From Candidatus Nomurabacteria bacterium (GTDB lineage: Bacteria > Patescibacteriota > Minisyncoccia > Phycocordibacterales > UBA9973): 64,000 nt of DNA. The stretch's first letter is position 1; every line of letters starts with the position of its first letter. Both the position numbers and the translations under genes were made by a program. The stretch spans positions 146,957-210,956 of the forward strand of contig JAIOPO010000005.1 of the NCBI GenBank assembly GCA_021413905.1, in the 5' to 3' direction. The notes below the pieces were generated by a model. The model was not told where the DNA came from, did not search any database, and saw only the letters and a program-made list of their open reading frames with translations. Positions 1-9,902 of the stretch are shown piece by piece.

Positions 1-3000
1 TTTGAAGAAGATAATATACTAAAAGGAGTCACGCTTAAAATATTACTTTGGTTGCCAGCTGAATCTGTAACTAACAATGTACAATTTGAATGAACACCAA
101 CGCTTAATGATTCAAAATTTAAAATATTTAAACCTGAAGTAGCGCTCAAAGTAACAGCACGACAATCTCCTGTACCATAACTAATAGATCCGGCTTCGGA
201 CGAAGTAAAGACGTAAGAAGGTGTTGAATTTATAGATGAAGATATAGCAGAATTTTCTGAAATTACTGGTGCTAAAGTATCAATATTAAAATTCAAAGAA
301 TCAGTAGGATCAAGTGGTTCATTTAAAACAGAATCAGTCCAACCAGTACCTACAGTAATTACATTAGAAGAATCTTCAATATCATCATCTGGAGTAAAAA
401 TAGCTGTATATATTTTACTATCTCCTGGGTCAACTACAACAGAAGACAATGTTCCATTTGATACAGAAATATCACCATCATCAAAACCAGAAGGTTCACT
501 TGAAAATGTAAATGTCACATTTGCCACATCTCCTATTTTTAAATCATAATCATTCAAAGAAACAACTAAAGTAGGTCTCACGGTATTATAAGTAACAATA
601 TTGTCTGTTGAAGAGGAAGACATATTCGGATTACCATTAGAATTATGAGCGACATCAGAAGAAATAGATACAATAACAGTTCCGTCGACAGCCATATCAG
701 ACACTGCAATATTGAAATTCATATGATCTCCCGAATCTGTTACGACGACAGTACCAGCATTAGCTGTTCCAGATAATGTGACATCTGTTTCATCGAAATC
801 TAAAACGGTCTGAGAAAATACAGCTGTGAAATTTATAGGAGAAATATCTGTTGGATCTCTTGGGTCAGTTTGCTCAACGGTCACAGTCAAACCAGAAGTA
901 TCAATATCAAAAGTATGACCTGAATCTGAATCCATAACATTACTAGATACATCTTCTGCTCCAGAAATAGTAATTGTTTTAGTTAAAGGACCGATAGAAT
1001 CTGGCACAGTAAAATCATAACAAAATGTTTTTGAATTATGTATCAAATCACAAGCGTACATAGCGGTAGTTGAAACATTACCAACATCAATTCCATTAAT
1101 TTCTATATCTGGAACATTAGAAATATCTTCATTAAAAACAACAAATATAGTATGAGGAGTAGTTGTTAATTTATTAAAAGTTTGACTATCAGAACTAACA
1201 GAAACTATATAAGGTTTTGAATTATCATAAATAAAAGACAAGATGTTAGACTGTGTATTCAAATTATTTGAAGCATCTTCTGCAACACCAGCTGGAACAA
1301 AAACATCTACAGCTCCATCACCAGGGGTAACATCAAAAGTATAAACAGAATCATTAACTGCTTGCAAATTTGAAACAACTCCGTTGGCAACAACAATATC
1401 GTTTAACAAATCATCGAAGCCAGTTACTCCCCCAAGAATAGCACTTGAGAATGTAGCAGTTATGTTAAAAGTACTATCGCTCGTAGGAACAGGCGAAAGC
1501 GAAGATGTGGAAGTTAATATAACAGTAGGATTTACTGAATTGTATGTAATATTAATTGTATTAGAAGTTGTACTATTTAAATTTAATGCTAAATCTTGAG
1601 CTGAATTAGTTTTTATAAAAACAGAAATTGCAGAAGTTGGATTTGATGGAGAAATTTCAAAAGTATAATTTTCATCACTACCAATCAAATTACCAGCCAC
1701 CCCACCTGTTACATCTATATCATTAAGATTAAAACCTGTAACATGTTCACTAAACAAAACACTTACAGAAATCGGAGATATATTAGTTGGATCTGAAAAC
1801 GTTGTATTTATTGAAACTGTAGGCAATGTTGTATCAGTATAAATATCAATAGAACCCACATTATCAGGCAATACATCTACCGAAGAATTACCGGCCAAAT
1901 CAGTACCAGTTATTGTTACATTTTCCGGAACCAAACCTTCAGCTAAAACATCTGAAATTATTGTTCTATTGTAAGTATACACATCACCAGAGAGATGAGT
2001 AGTTGTACCAGAAACAACATCGTTATTTGAACCTTCAGAATCTATAGAAATATAAGGCGCTGAATTAAGTGTTTCATCAGATGTAATTTTAATAATATAA
2101 CTACCTGCTTTTAAATATGAATTATTACTCAAAGGGAAAATCAATCCTGTATCTGATGAATCATAATATTCTATATTAAATTTTGGAAAAGAAGTATCTA
2201 TTGTATAAATTTGTCCTGTGGTAAATGGTAAATTAGAAAGACCACCGCCAGTTAAATCAAAAACAATTGCATTACTATCTGCTTGTAATTGAATAGTTCC
2301 TTCTCCAGAATAACTATCTACAGTAACAGTCCAAGTTGTACCAGAACCACTAACATTTGAAATTTGAGCGCCTGAAACTCCAGTATTATTTAAAACAAAA
2401 TCTGAAATATCGACACCTGTTACCGACTCAGAAAAAGTAACAGTAAAATCAACACTTGAGACATTTGTAGGAGATGTGTTAGCTCTAACAATAGAAGTTA
2501 CATAAGGTAATGATGTATCAAAAGTAACATTTGTTGAAGATACAGTAGCAACAATATTACCAGCAACATCAGTTCCATTAAAATCAAAATCATAAATTGC
2601 ACCATCTACTAAAGACTGAGCGACAGTACAACCATTTCCAGTACCAATACTAAAATGATTATGTGTACCACTATTTAATGCTGTATTTCTAAAAGTACAT
2701 AAATGAGGAGAAGCATTATCTACTGAACCACCTATTCTAGTGATAGCAATAGAACCACTCGCTAAAGATTCACTTAATGTATAAGAAATTGAAGAAGATA
2801 TTGTAACACTACTTATAAATCCATTACTAACTGGATTCACGGAAGAAAAAACAGGAGCGGTATTGTCCAAAGTAAAAGTATCTCCGGAAACAGGTGTTGA
2901 TGTTATCAAATTACCGGCCAAATCAGTACCAGTTGAAAAGGAAACTGTTTCAGTTCCATCACCAGAACCAACACTGTAAACATAATAATAGTGAGTACTA

Positions 3001-6000
3001 TCAACGCGCACCATATTTACAGCCGAAATATTATCAGGACCTGAAAGAACTATTTGCATTGCCGGAGAAGTAGCAATAGGTTTATTAAAAGTAGCTGTAA
3101 TGGTTAAAGAGTCCCCCATTTTAACAATTCTATCTGTGTCAGAATATGTTACAGATGCTGTTGGAGCAACATCATCTGTATTTAATTGCCCAACTAAAAG
3201 ATACGATGTATTACTTGAATGATCTGAAGCGGTAGCACATAAATAATCAGTATGAACTCCTGTTATATAAAAATCACTTCCACTAGTAAATAAATTTCCA
3301 TAAGTATCTGAAACATCACAAATATTATCAGAGCTAAAACCATATTGAACAGTTGCAGTATCTAAATCTGTATCCGAAGCTGTGATATTTATAGTATCAG
3401 AAGAAACCGGACCTGTGTCTGTACCAGAATTAATTGTTAACACTGGAGGTAATGGATCTGAAGGTATATTGTCTACAGTTAAACCACTAGAGTAATTACT
3501 ATTACTATCTACTGTAAATATTTTATAAAAATAATTTACTCCATTAGTTAAACCAGTATCAGTAAAATGATTCAAACTACCTGTATACAAAATATTACTT
3601 GAACCCAAAACTCCTGGAGCAGAATAAGAAGCACCTTCGGTAGGAGCATCAGAAATTGATGATGTTTTTCTTAACACAAGAACATTATTAAAATCAATAT
3701 CAGTTGGATTGGTCCAAGTCAAAGAAATTTGTTGACTCCCTGCTGAAGAATTCAAACTAGAAATATCATCAGTAGAAAGATTGTCGATTGTAATCGTAGC
3801 ACTATTATTACCAAAACCTGAAGGGGTATGACTAGACACAAAAGAACTTACAGTACTAGTTACAACATAATCAGCTCCAGGAATAGCCGGCATATTTAAA
3901 TGAGTTTTTGGCGTAATGCGAATTTTAAAAATGGTCGGAGTTGTAGTTACAGGAATAGGTGTTCCTCCTGAAAAATTTATAACATTAGACAAAGGATCAG
4001 TTGCAACATTAAAATAAGTTGTATTATTGTCATCACTAGTAACCCTGACTTCACTAATGCCGACATACACACCACTTGATAATGTTACAGTTAAAGATGT
4101 AACAGAATCAGTCCCAGTAGTTGTATAAAAAGTAAATTTATCTAAATCAACAACAGAAGAACCTGGTGCAACTGTAACGCTAGATGGATCAGTACTACTA
4201 CCTAATATAGTAGAAACTGAAAATACCCAATTTGGATTATTTCCGCCATCAAAATTAGTACTGTCAGAAGCATCTATATAATTAGTAGAAGAATTGGCAT
4301 TAGATCTGGAAACATTTACATAAGAAACACTTTGACTGCCAGAAACATCTAAATACCAATAAGAAGAATTTGTACTTCTAAAGTAGATTTTTGTTCCAGA
4401 ACCTTGTCCATTCCAATTTACATTATTAAATGTATAAGTTGAACCAGCATTATATTGTACACGCACCGAAGCTGTTGTAATGTTGTAATTATTTGTAGAT
4501 TGTAAATTACTTGAGAAAACAACTGATGGTAAAAAATTTGTTAATTCATTGTCTGTAGCATCAGCTCCTGAACTATTTGTAATTGTTAAATTATAAAAAG
4601 ATGAACTGGAAGCAGAAGTCATATTCCCTGACAATGTTTGTGTTGTATTACCATTCAAATTAACTGTGCCATTTTGTGCATTAAAAATACCATTGTTTAT
4701 ATAATCACCTGAAAGATTTAAAGTATAATTTTGCCCAGAAACAGTGTTCAATGTATTATTTGAATCAATAGTCAAAGTACCTAAAATATTTGTTACTCCA
4801 GATAAAGATTTAATTGGAGTACCAGTATTACGAGACAAACGCAACCCTCCATAAGATGGCAAAGAAGAAATAGTTTGATTTACTCCTGCATTATAAATGA
4901 CAGTTGATAATTTATGTAAGGTTGTATGAATATTTGTGAAATTTGTAGGAAATACAGTAGCAGTTGTATTTGAACCAAGTCTTAAAAAAGCACCAGTACT
5001 CATTATAAATTGTTCTCCACTATTTCCTGTAATTTGAAAACCTCCATCATACAAAGTACCATTCAATATTTTCAAATATCCATTCACAGTAATAGCACCT
5101 GTCATTGTAGCTGTTTGCCCACTATTATCAACAACAAAATGATAATAAGTTGTAGATTTTATATTTTGAGAAACAGAATTACTAGTATATTGAACGATGT
5201 TACCATTAGCTGTCGCTGTTAAAGTTGTGATCGTTGGGACTGTTCCAGTAAATGTCAAAATAGCATCGACTCCTTGAGTGATTGTGCCAATTGTCGGTTG
5301 TGAACCTGAAAAAATAAGCCCATTATTAACACCGGTATCATTATTGGCAATATTTGTAATTGTAAAAGATTGAGAACCTGAAACAGTTTGTTCGTTTGTG
5401 TCAAAAGTATAAAGACCTGTTCCAGCATTAAATGTACCGTTATTCGAAAGACCTCCCCTAAAAGTAAAAGCCGGATTAGCTACATTTGTAGTCCATGTAC
5501 CACCACTGTTAACAGTAACAAGTCCTATAAAAATATTTGTTCCTGTAACAGAATTATCATTAAATGTACCGGAAATAGAAGAAGTACTGTTCACAGTCAA
5601 GGAATTTGTAGCAATTTGCAATAAAGTTCCAGAAGAAATAACGAGATCGTTCAAAGAAATACTTTTTGCATTATTACCAAAAGTTGTAATACCAGAAGAA
5701 ACAGTAAAAGTACCAGTTGAGGTAATATTTGAATTTAAAGTAATTGTAGCAGTACCTAGTGTTGATATATTATTCCATGTTATTTTATTACCACCACCCC
5801 TGTCAGTATCTAGATTAGTAGATGCGCTAATATTTAACGTAGATAAACTAGCATCAACAACACCACCATTTGAATTATTATAAGTTAAAGTTTTAGTAGA
5901 TCCATCAAAATATACGTTTGGGTAAGAAACAGTTCCTATATTTATAGTACCTGTTGGTTTGATAGTTAAATTTTTCTGTAAAATACCAGTACCTGTGTTA

Positions 6001-7478
6001 GACCATGTTCCAGAACCATCCATTATAATATTCGCACTTCCTGTGATATTTCCATTTTGAGAATCTTGTTTTAAACTTCCACCAACAGTAATATCTCTAG
6101 GAGTATCTGTGCTAGGTAAAGTAAAACCTCTTATTATAGATCCTCTTTGTGTACTGTTTATACTTGTAGTTTGAAAAGTCAGATCATGATCTATATCTAA
6201 ATCAGCCAAAATAGACAGAGTGTTAGCATTTAAAATAGTAGTAACATCATACCAACTCATATTTGCAGAAGGTGTATTTAAAGTAGTACCTGAACCAGAC
6301 AAAATTAAATTTGAATTGCTAGTATTGATAGTTCCTGAAGTCCAAGACAAAGTACCTTGACCATAACCAATATCTCCACTTACAGTGATAATGCCACTAG
6401 TATTAAAATTTAAATTGGTTCTAAACAAAGAACCTGTTCCAGACAAAGTACCAGTACCGTCCATAATCAAAGTTTGGCTAGTAGCACCAGTTACAGTAAC
6501 ATCTGAATTAATAGTTAAATCTCCTCCAACATTTATATTGTAAGAACCACTCAAATTAAAAGCGCTCGAATTTGTGTAATTCAACCAAACAAGATTTCCA
6601 GACACAACTAAATTATTAGACAAAGTAAAATTACCACTAACAGTATTTGATATCACAGCATTTGCAACTGTAATATTATTCCAACTAATTCCACTAGTAT
6701 TAAAAGTGACTCCATTTCCAATATCAAGCATCAAAGTAGAACCTGTTGTCGTAACAACAGCACCACTAGTGGCTGAAATTGTTATAGAAGTTGGAGCATC
6801 ATAAACGACTGTTCCGGAAATTGTAGTATTTGCAGAAGAAGAAAAATTTATATTCATTCTAATTCCACAATCTTGTTGAACACTGGTTGAGAAGGTCGGC
6901 AAAGATGCATGTTGCCAAACACCCGTACCAGTAAAAATCAAAGTTCGACCTGTTCCTTTTATTTGAGCAGTACCATTCATTGTAATATTTGAAGTAGTAA
7001 GATCGTTTGTTGAAACAGTAAGAATTCTACCAGAAGAAACATCAATTCCGTAAAAAGTTTTCCCCGCAGAAATCAAAGTAGATGTTCCATTAAAAATCCA
7101 TTTATTTGAATTTGGAGTAAATGTCATTCCTGAAGCGAGAGTAACATTTCCGGTTGTTGTAATAGTAGAATTCAAAGTAAAAGTATTTGTGTAACCGGAA
7201 AAATTTACAACACTAGCAAAAGAAGGTGCATCGACTGTAATTTGACCTGAACCAGAATCTAAATTAACAGTATCACCCACTGTTGGATAAGTACCGGCAT
7301 TCGTAGAACTAGCAGATGAAACCGTTGACCAAGTAGAACTACTAGACCAGTTACCACCCACAGAACGAGCGTAATAAGTTGAAGCCTGAGCGATATTTCC
7401 AGAAAAAATAAAACACAAAAATGCAAAAATAAAAAATGCAAAAAATTTGTAATTTATTTTCCAAAAGCCAAGTCTCAT
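1..7478 (-). CDS. Giant secreted surface protein, partial (more than 2,490 aa; C-terminus lies beyond window start). It has a signal peptide, Thr/Ser/Asn/Gly-rich repeats, bacterial Ig-like domains and at least one fibronectin type III module.
   Basis: ATG at 7476-7478 (minus) gives MRLGFWKINYKFFAFFIFAFLCFIFSGNIAQA, a signal peptide. The frame then stays open all the way to position 1. The ORF track shows no complete minus-strand ORF in 1-7258, which is consistent with one long incomplete frame. An FN3-like motif LTWTNP...NYFYKIF is present, along with repeated 'TFDNTAPV / DTTLPTVS' BIg-like segments. Confidence 0.85.
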   Translation of the reverse strand, partial: MRLGFWKINYKFFAFFIFAFLCFIFSGNIAQASTYYARSVGGNWSSSSTWSTVSSASSTNAGTYPTVGDTVNLDSGSGQITVDAPSFASVVNFSGYTNTFTLNSTITTTGNVTLASGMTFTPNSNKWIFNGTSTLISAGKTFYGIDVSSGRILTVSTNDLTTSNITMNGTAQIKGTGRTLIFTGTGVWQHASLPTFSTSVQQDCGIRMNINFSSSANTTISGTVVYDAPTSITISATSGAVVTTTGSTLMLDIGNGVTFNTSGISWNNITVANAVISNTVSGNFTLSNNLVVSGNLVWLNYTNSSAFNLSGSYNINVGGDLTINSDVTVTGATSQTLIMDGTGTLSGTGSLFRTNLNFNTSGIITVSGDIGYGQGTLSWTSGTINTSNSNLILSGSGTTLNTPSANMSWYDVTTILNANTLSILADLDIDHDLTFQTTSINSTQRGSIIRGFTLPSTDTPRDITVGGSLKQDSQNGNITGSANIIMDGSGTWSNTGTGILQKNLTIKPTGTINIGTVSYPNVYFDGSTKTLTYNNSNGGVVDASLSTLNISASTNLDTDRGGGNKITWNNISTLGTATITLNSNITSTGTFTVSSGITTFGNNAKSISLNDLVISSGTLLQIATNSLTVNSTSSISGTFNDNSVTGTNIFIGLVTVNSGGTWTTNVANPAFTFRGGLSNNGTFNAGTGLYTFDTNEQTVSGSQSFTITNIANNDTGVNNGLIFSGSQPTIGTITQGVDAILTFTGTVPTITTLTATANGNIVQYTSNSVSQNIKSTTYYHFVVDNSGQTATMTGAITVNGYLKILNGTLYDGGFQITGNSGEQFIMSTGAFLRLGSNTTATVFPTNFTNIHTTLHKLSTVIYNAGVNQTISSLPSYGGLRLSRNTGTPIKSLSGVTNILGTLTIDSNNTLNTVSGQNYTLNLSGDYINNGIFNAQNGTVNLNGNTTQTLSGNMTSASSSSFYNLTITNSSGADATDNELTNFLPSVVFSSNLQSTNNYNITTASVRVQYNAGSTYTFNNVNWNGQGSGTKIYFRSTNSSYWYLDVSGSQSVSYVNVSRSNANSSTNYIDASDSTNFDGGNNPNWVFSVSTILGSSTDPSSVTVAPGSSVVDLDKFTFYTTTGTDSVTSLTVTLSSGVYVGISEVRVTSDDNNTTYFNVATDPLSNVINFSGGTPIPVTTTPTIFKIRITPKTHLNMPAIPGADYVVTSTVSSFVSSHTPSGFGNNSATITIDNLSTDDISSLNSSAGSQQISLTWTNPTDIDFNNVLVLRKTSSISDAPTEGASYSAPGVLGSSNILYTGSLNHFTDTGLTNGVNYFYKIFTVDSNSNYSSGLTVDNIPSDPLPPVLTINSGTDTGPVSSDTINITASDTDLDTATVQYGFSSDNICDVSDTYGNLFTSGSDFYITGVHTDYLCATASDHSSNTSYLLVGQLNTDDVAPTASVTYSDTDRIVKMGDSLTITATFNKPIATSPAMQIVLSGPDNISAVNMVRVDSTHYYYVYSVGSGDGTETVSFSTGTDLAGNLITSTPVSGDTFTLDNTAPVFSSVNPVSNGFISSVTISSSISYTLSESLASGSIAITRIGGSVDNASPHLCTFRNTALNSGTHNHFSIGTGNGCTVAQSLVDGAIYDFDFNGTDVAGNIVATVSSTNVTFDTSLPYVTSIVRANTSPTNVSSVDFTVTFSESVTGVDISDFVLNNTGVSGAQISNVSGSGTTWTVTVDSYSGEGTIQLQADSNAIVFDLTGGGLSNLPFTTGQIYTIDTSFPKFNIEYYDSSDTGLIFPLSNNSYLKAGSYIIKITSDETLNSAPYISIDSEGSNNDVVSGTTTHLSGDVYTYNRTIISDVLAEGLVPENVTITGTDLAGNSSVDVLPDNVGSIDIYTDTTLPTVSINTTFSDPTNISPISVSVLFSEHVTGFNLNDIDVTGGVAGNLIGSDENYTFEISPSNPTSAISVFIKTNSAQDLALNLNSTTSNTINITYNSVNPTVILTSTSSLSPVPTSDSTFNITATFSSAILGGVTGFDDLLNDIVVANGVVSNLQAVNDSVYTFDVTPGDGAVDVFVPAGVAEDASNNLNTQSNILSFIYDNSKPYIVSVSSDSQTFNKLTTTPHTIFVVFNEDISNVPDIEINGIDVGNVSTTAMYACDLIHNSKTFCYDFTVPDSIGPLTKTITISGAEDVSSNVMDSDSGHTFDIDTSGLTVTVEQTDPRDPTDISPINFTAVFSQTVLDFDETDVTLSGTANAGTVVVTDSGDHMNFNIAVSDMAVDGTVIVSISSDVAHNSNGNPNMSSSSTDNIVTYNTVRPTLVVSLNDYDLKIGDVANVTFTFSSEPSGFDDGDISVSNGTLSSVVVDPGDSKIYTAIFTPDDDIEDSSNVITVGTGWTDSVLNEPLDPTDSLNFNIDTLAPVISENSAISSSINSTPSYVFTSSEAGSISYGTGDCRAVTLSATSGLNILNFESLSVGVHSNCTLLVTDSAGNQSNILSVTPFSILSSS

Positions 7479-7859
7479 ATACATATAATAATAACATTTA
7501 GATAAAAAAATTGAATAAAAAAATACAAAAATTAATGTGTATAACTAAAAAAGTTTTTTTAAAAGAAAATTAATTGAATTAAAAAAAATTATAAACAAAA
7601 ATCCTGTAAAACAAAAAAAATGGCACACATCTCAAACAAAAGACAGAAAACAAAGGAAAACCACAAACAAACAATAAACCGAAGATTAAACAATACCACC
7701 TAATATTTTCTATTTTTTACCTTGCAGGTCTTCAAAGAATATAAATTAAAAAAATATTAAATAAAAAATCGCAAGGATAATAATTTAAAAACTTATATTT
7801 TAAAAGATTCGCAAGGACTGTCCTTGCGAATATACATGTTATATTGATATAATATAAGA

Positions 7860-8489
7860 ATGAAAAGAAGGGATAAATTTATCACAGGTAAATATTATTG
7901 GATCTATAATTCTGGATTAAACAAACAACCAATATTCAATACTGACTCAGACTATCACAGATTTATGATCTTATTGTATTTAGTAAACTCTAAAAACAAG
8001 TCTTTTCGACTTGATGATTTAATCAATAAACAAAAAAAGAGTACTGAAGAAATTTTTACAATAGACAAAGGAGATAAGCTTGTGTCAATAGGTGCTTGGT
8101 GTGTTATGCCAAATTATTTTAATCTATTTATTAAACAAGAAACAGATGGAGGGATATCAAAATTCATGAAAAAACTTTGCACAGGATATTCAATGTATTT
8201 TAATATAAAAGAAAAAAGAAAAGGTCCCCTCTTTGACGGACTATTTAAATCAAAAATGTTAGATGAAAAAAATGCAGAAGAGATGAAAAAATTATTTGCT
8301 TACATTCATTTAAATTTACTTGATATGAAATTTTCAGATTGGGAAAATGAAATAAAAAAATCATCGAATGAGATGGTGAAATTTATCGAGTCATATCCCT
8401 ACTCCAGTTATTTAGATTATGATGACAAAAATAGACCTGAGAAAAAAATCATATCACCAGAGAATTTTCCAAACTATTTAAACAATTAA
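7860..8489 (+). CDS. IS200/RAYT-like Y1 (HUH) transposase homolog with a degenerate HUH motif; possibly inactive or domesticated.
   Basis: WCVMPNYFNLFIKQ aligns to the family motif (A)YCLMPNHxHLL(I), but both His residues are replaced (H->Y and H->N). The C-terminal AYIHLN region retains a Tyr, where the family normally has YIHNNP. The overall order FxDxDY...MPN...GPLFDGxFKS fits PF01797-like proteins. Confidence 0.6.
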   Translation: MKRRDKFITGKYYWIYNSGLNKQPIFNTDSDYHRFMILLYLVNSKNKSFRLDDLINKQKKSTEEIFTIDKGDKLVSIGAWCVMPNYFNLFIKQETDGGISKFMKKLCTGYSMYFNIKEKRKGPLFDGLFKSKMLDEKNAEEMKKLFAYIHLNLLDMKFSDWENEIKKSSNEMVKFIESYPYSSYLDYDDKNRPEKKIISPENFPNYLNN

Positions 8490-8545
8490 AAAATTGTTTT
8501 TTAATAAAAAACAATTTATAATTAAAAAAAGAACATTGTAAAAAA

Positions 8546-9048
8546 ATGGAAAAGTTTAATGAATTCTTCTTGATTCCTGTCAGACCAGAGAATCTTGAAA
8601 AGGCTATACAAATAGCTCGAGAAATATTCCCCTACGAAAATTCTAATGACGGAGAATTTCTTCCGGAAAAAGAATACAAAATGTCTCTAAAGGATTTTAA
8701 AAAATTCTTTAATTTGTTTTTAGTTGAATATGAAAATCAGATTATTGGTATAACTGGTTTTTATCGCAACTACCGAAGACTGAGACAAACCAAAGAATTG
8801 TGGCTTTAGCTACTTTGGAATCAGAAGACAATTCAGAAACAAAGGTCTCGGTAAAAAGGTTCTGCTTATTACATTGGAAACAATTAAAAAATTGTACGGA
8901 AAAAAAATTTGTACAATTAAATTGTATACAACAAACAGAAAAGCGGAAACAAAATCCCACAGACTTTATCGGAGTGTCGGATTTAAAAAATACGCACACC
9001 GAAACACAAAACCTTTTCACACTTATTATTTTAAATTAAAAGTGTGAT
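8546..9048 (+). pseudogene. GNAT family N-acetyltransferase disrupted by a +1 frameshift near 8806.
   Basis: Frame 1 reads ...IIGITGFYRNYRRLRQTKELWL and then stops at 8807-8809. The next frame continues as SYFGIRRQFRNKGLGKKVLLITLE...SHRLYRSVGFKKYA up to the TGA at 9046-9048. That continuation carries the classic GNAT acetyl-CoA motif (R/Q)xxGxG. One extra T in 'cttt ag' breaks the frame. Confidence 0.6.
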
Positions 9049-9057
9049 CATAAAAAA

Positions 9058-9085
9058 AATCCGGACAAAATCCGGATTTTTATTT
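9058..9085. terminator. Bidirectional intrinsic terminator with hairpin tccgga-caaaa-tccgga, an A-run upstream and a T-run downstream.
   Basis: aaaaaaaaTCCGGAcaaaaTCCGGAttttTattt. It serves the plus-strand GNAT gene and the minus-strand tRNA cluster. Confidence 0.6.
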
Positions 9086-9161
9086 TGGGGTGCCCATCGG
9101 GAGTTGAACCCGAATTGAGAGTTCCACAAACTCTAGTGTTAACCATTACACCATGGGCACC
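9086..9161 (-). tRNA. tRNA-His (anticodon GTG) with an extra 5' G(-1) and an encoded CCA.
   Basis: The minus-strand read is gGTGCCCATGGTGTAATGGTtAACACTAGAGTTTGTGGAACTCTCAATTCGGGTTCAACTCCCGATGGGCACcCCA. It folds as a cloverleaf with anticodon loop TTGTGGA and a G-1 typical of tRNA-His. Confidence 0.85.
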
Positions 9162-9264
9162 ATGTGACCTTTCCTTAAAAGGTATTCTTATTTATAACAA
9201 TTTTTTATTCATTAGTCCAGTAAATTTTAAACACTAAAAATAATGAAATTATTGGTATTAATTG

Positions 9265-9348
9265 TGCGCAGGGGGAGATTTGAACTCCCACAAGATTACT
9301 CCTGCTACCACCTCAAGGTAGTGCGTCTACCAATTTCGCCACCTGCGC
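9265..9348 (-). tRNA. tRNA-Leu (anticodon GAG) with a long variable arm.
   Basis: The minus-strand read is GCGCAGGTGGCGAAATTGGTAGACGCACTACCTTGAGGTGGTAGCAGGAGTAATCTTGTGGGAGTTCAAATCTCCCCCTGCGCA. The anticodon loop is TTGAGGT, and the variable arm is of the Leu type. Confidence 0.85.
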
Positions 9349-9378
9349 ATTTACTGAGTCTAGCATATTTCCAAAAAA

Positions 9379-9410
9379 ATAAAACCCCGTTAGGGGTTTT
9401 ATTTTTTTTA
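9379..9410. terminator. Bidirectional intrinsic terminator with hairpin AAAACCCC-gtta-GGGGTTTT flanked by A and T runs; it terminates rplS.
   Basis: aaaaaaataAAACCCCgttaGGGGTTTTattttttttatt, immediately 3' of the rplS stop on the minus strand. Confidence 0.7.
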
Positions 9411-9857
9411 TTATTCAGATTTTGTTTCTTCTATTTCAGCTTCGACTTCTTCTTGAGAACGATTATTTGCTACTGAACGAAGTTTACGGCGAACGTCTTT
9501 GACTGCTTTAGTTCTGACGTAGTAGAGTTTTGATCTGCGAGCACGAGCCTTTTTTGTAACTTCTATCTTTTCAACCATTGGAGAAAACAGAGGGAAAATT
9601 CTTTCTACGCCCACACCACTTGCTACTCTGCGTACTGTAAATGTAGCCCCTATTTCTGTACCATGCTTACGAGCAAGTACTATACCTTCAAAAGCCTGAA
9701 GACGAAACTTTGGAGCTTCACCTTTTTTAGCGCCCTTTTTTTCTTCTAATATTTTAGTCCATACACGAACAGTATCACCTGCTCCGAAATCAAGCTTCTT
9801 GCGAGCTTCAATATCTACCGGACTGAATTTTATTGCACTAATATTACTTTTAACCAT
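9411..9857 (-). CDS. rplS: 50S ribosomal protein L19.
   Basis: The 148-aa product contains GDTVRVW...FEGIVLARKHG...TFTVRR..GVGVERIFPLFSP..IEV...RRSKLYY, which is the canonical L19 pattern. Confidence 0.9.
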   Translation of the reverse strand: MVKSNISAIKFSPVDIEARKKLDFGAGDTVRVWTKILEEKKGAKKGEAPKFRLQAFEGIVLARKHGTEIGATFTVRRVASGVGVERIFPLFSPMVEKIEVTKKARARRSKLYYVRTKAVKDVRRKLRSVANNRSQEEVEAEIEETKSE

Positions 9858-9902
9858 GATTTGAATACTTTATCATAAAAGGTTTTAAAAGGCAAATTGA
9901 AA

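Noticed and set aside
1384-7441. Small plus-strand ORFs (1384-1599, 5010-5222, 5388-5624) and the minus ORF 7259-7441 listed in the track.
   Set aside because: They lie inside and out of frame with the giant minus-strand surface-protein gene. They have low-complexity translations and no start context.
9058-9410. An additional tRNA between tRNA-His and tRNA-Leu, or between tRNA-Leu and rplS.
   Set aside because: Only terminator hairpins and A/T runs are present. No cloverleaf could be built.
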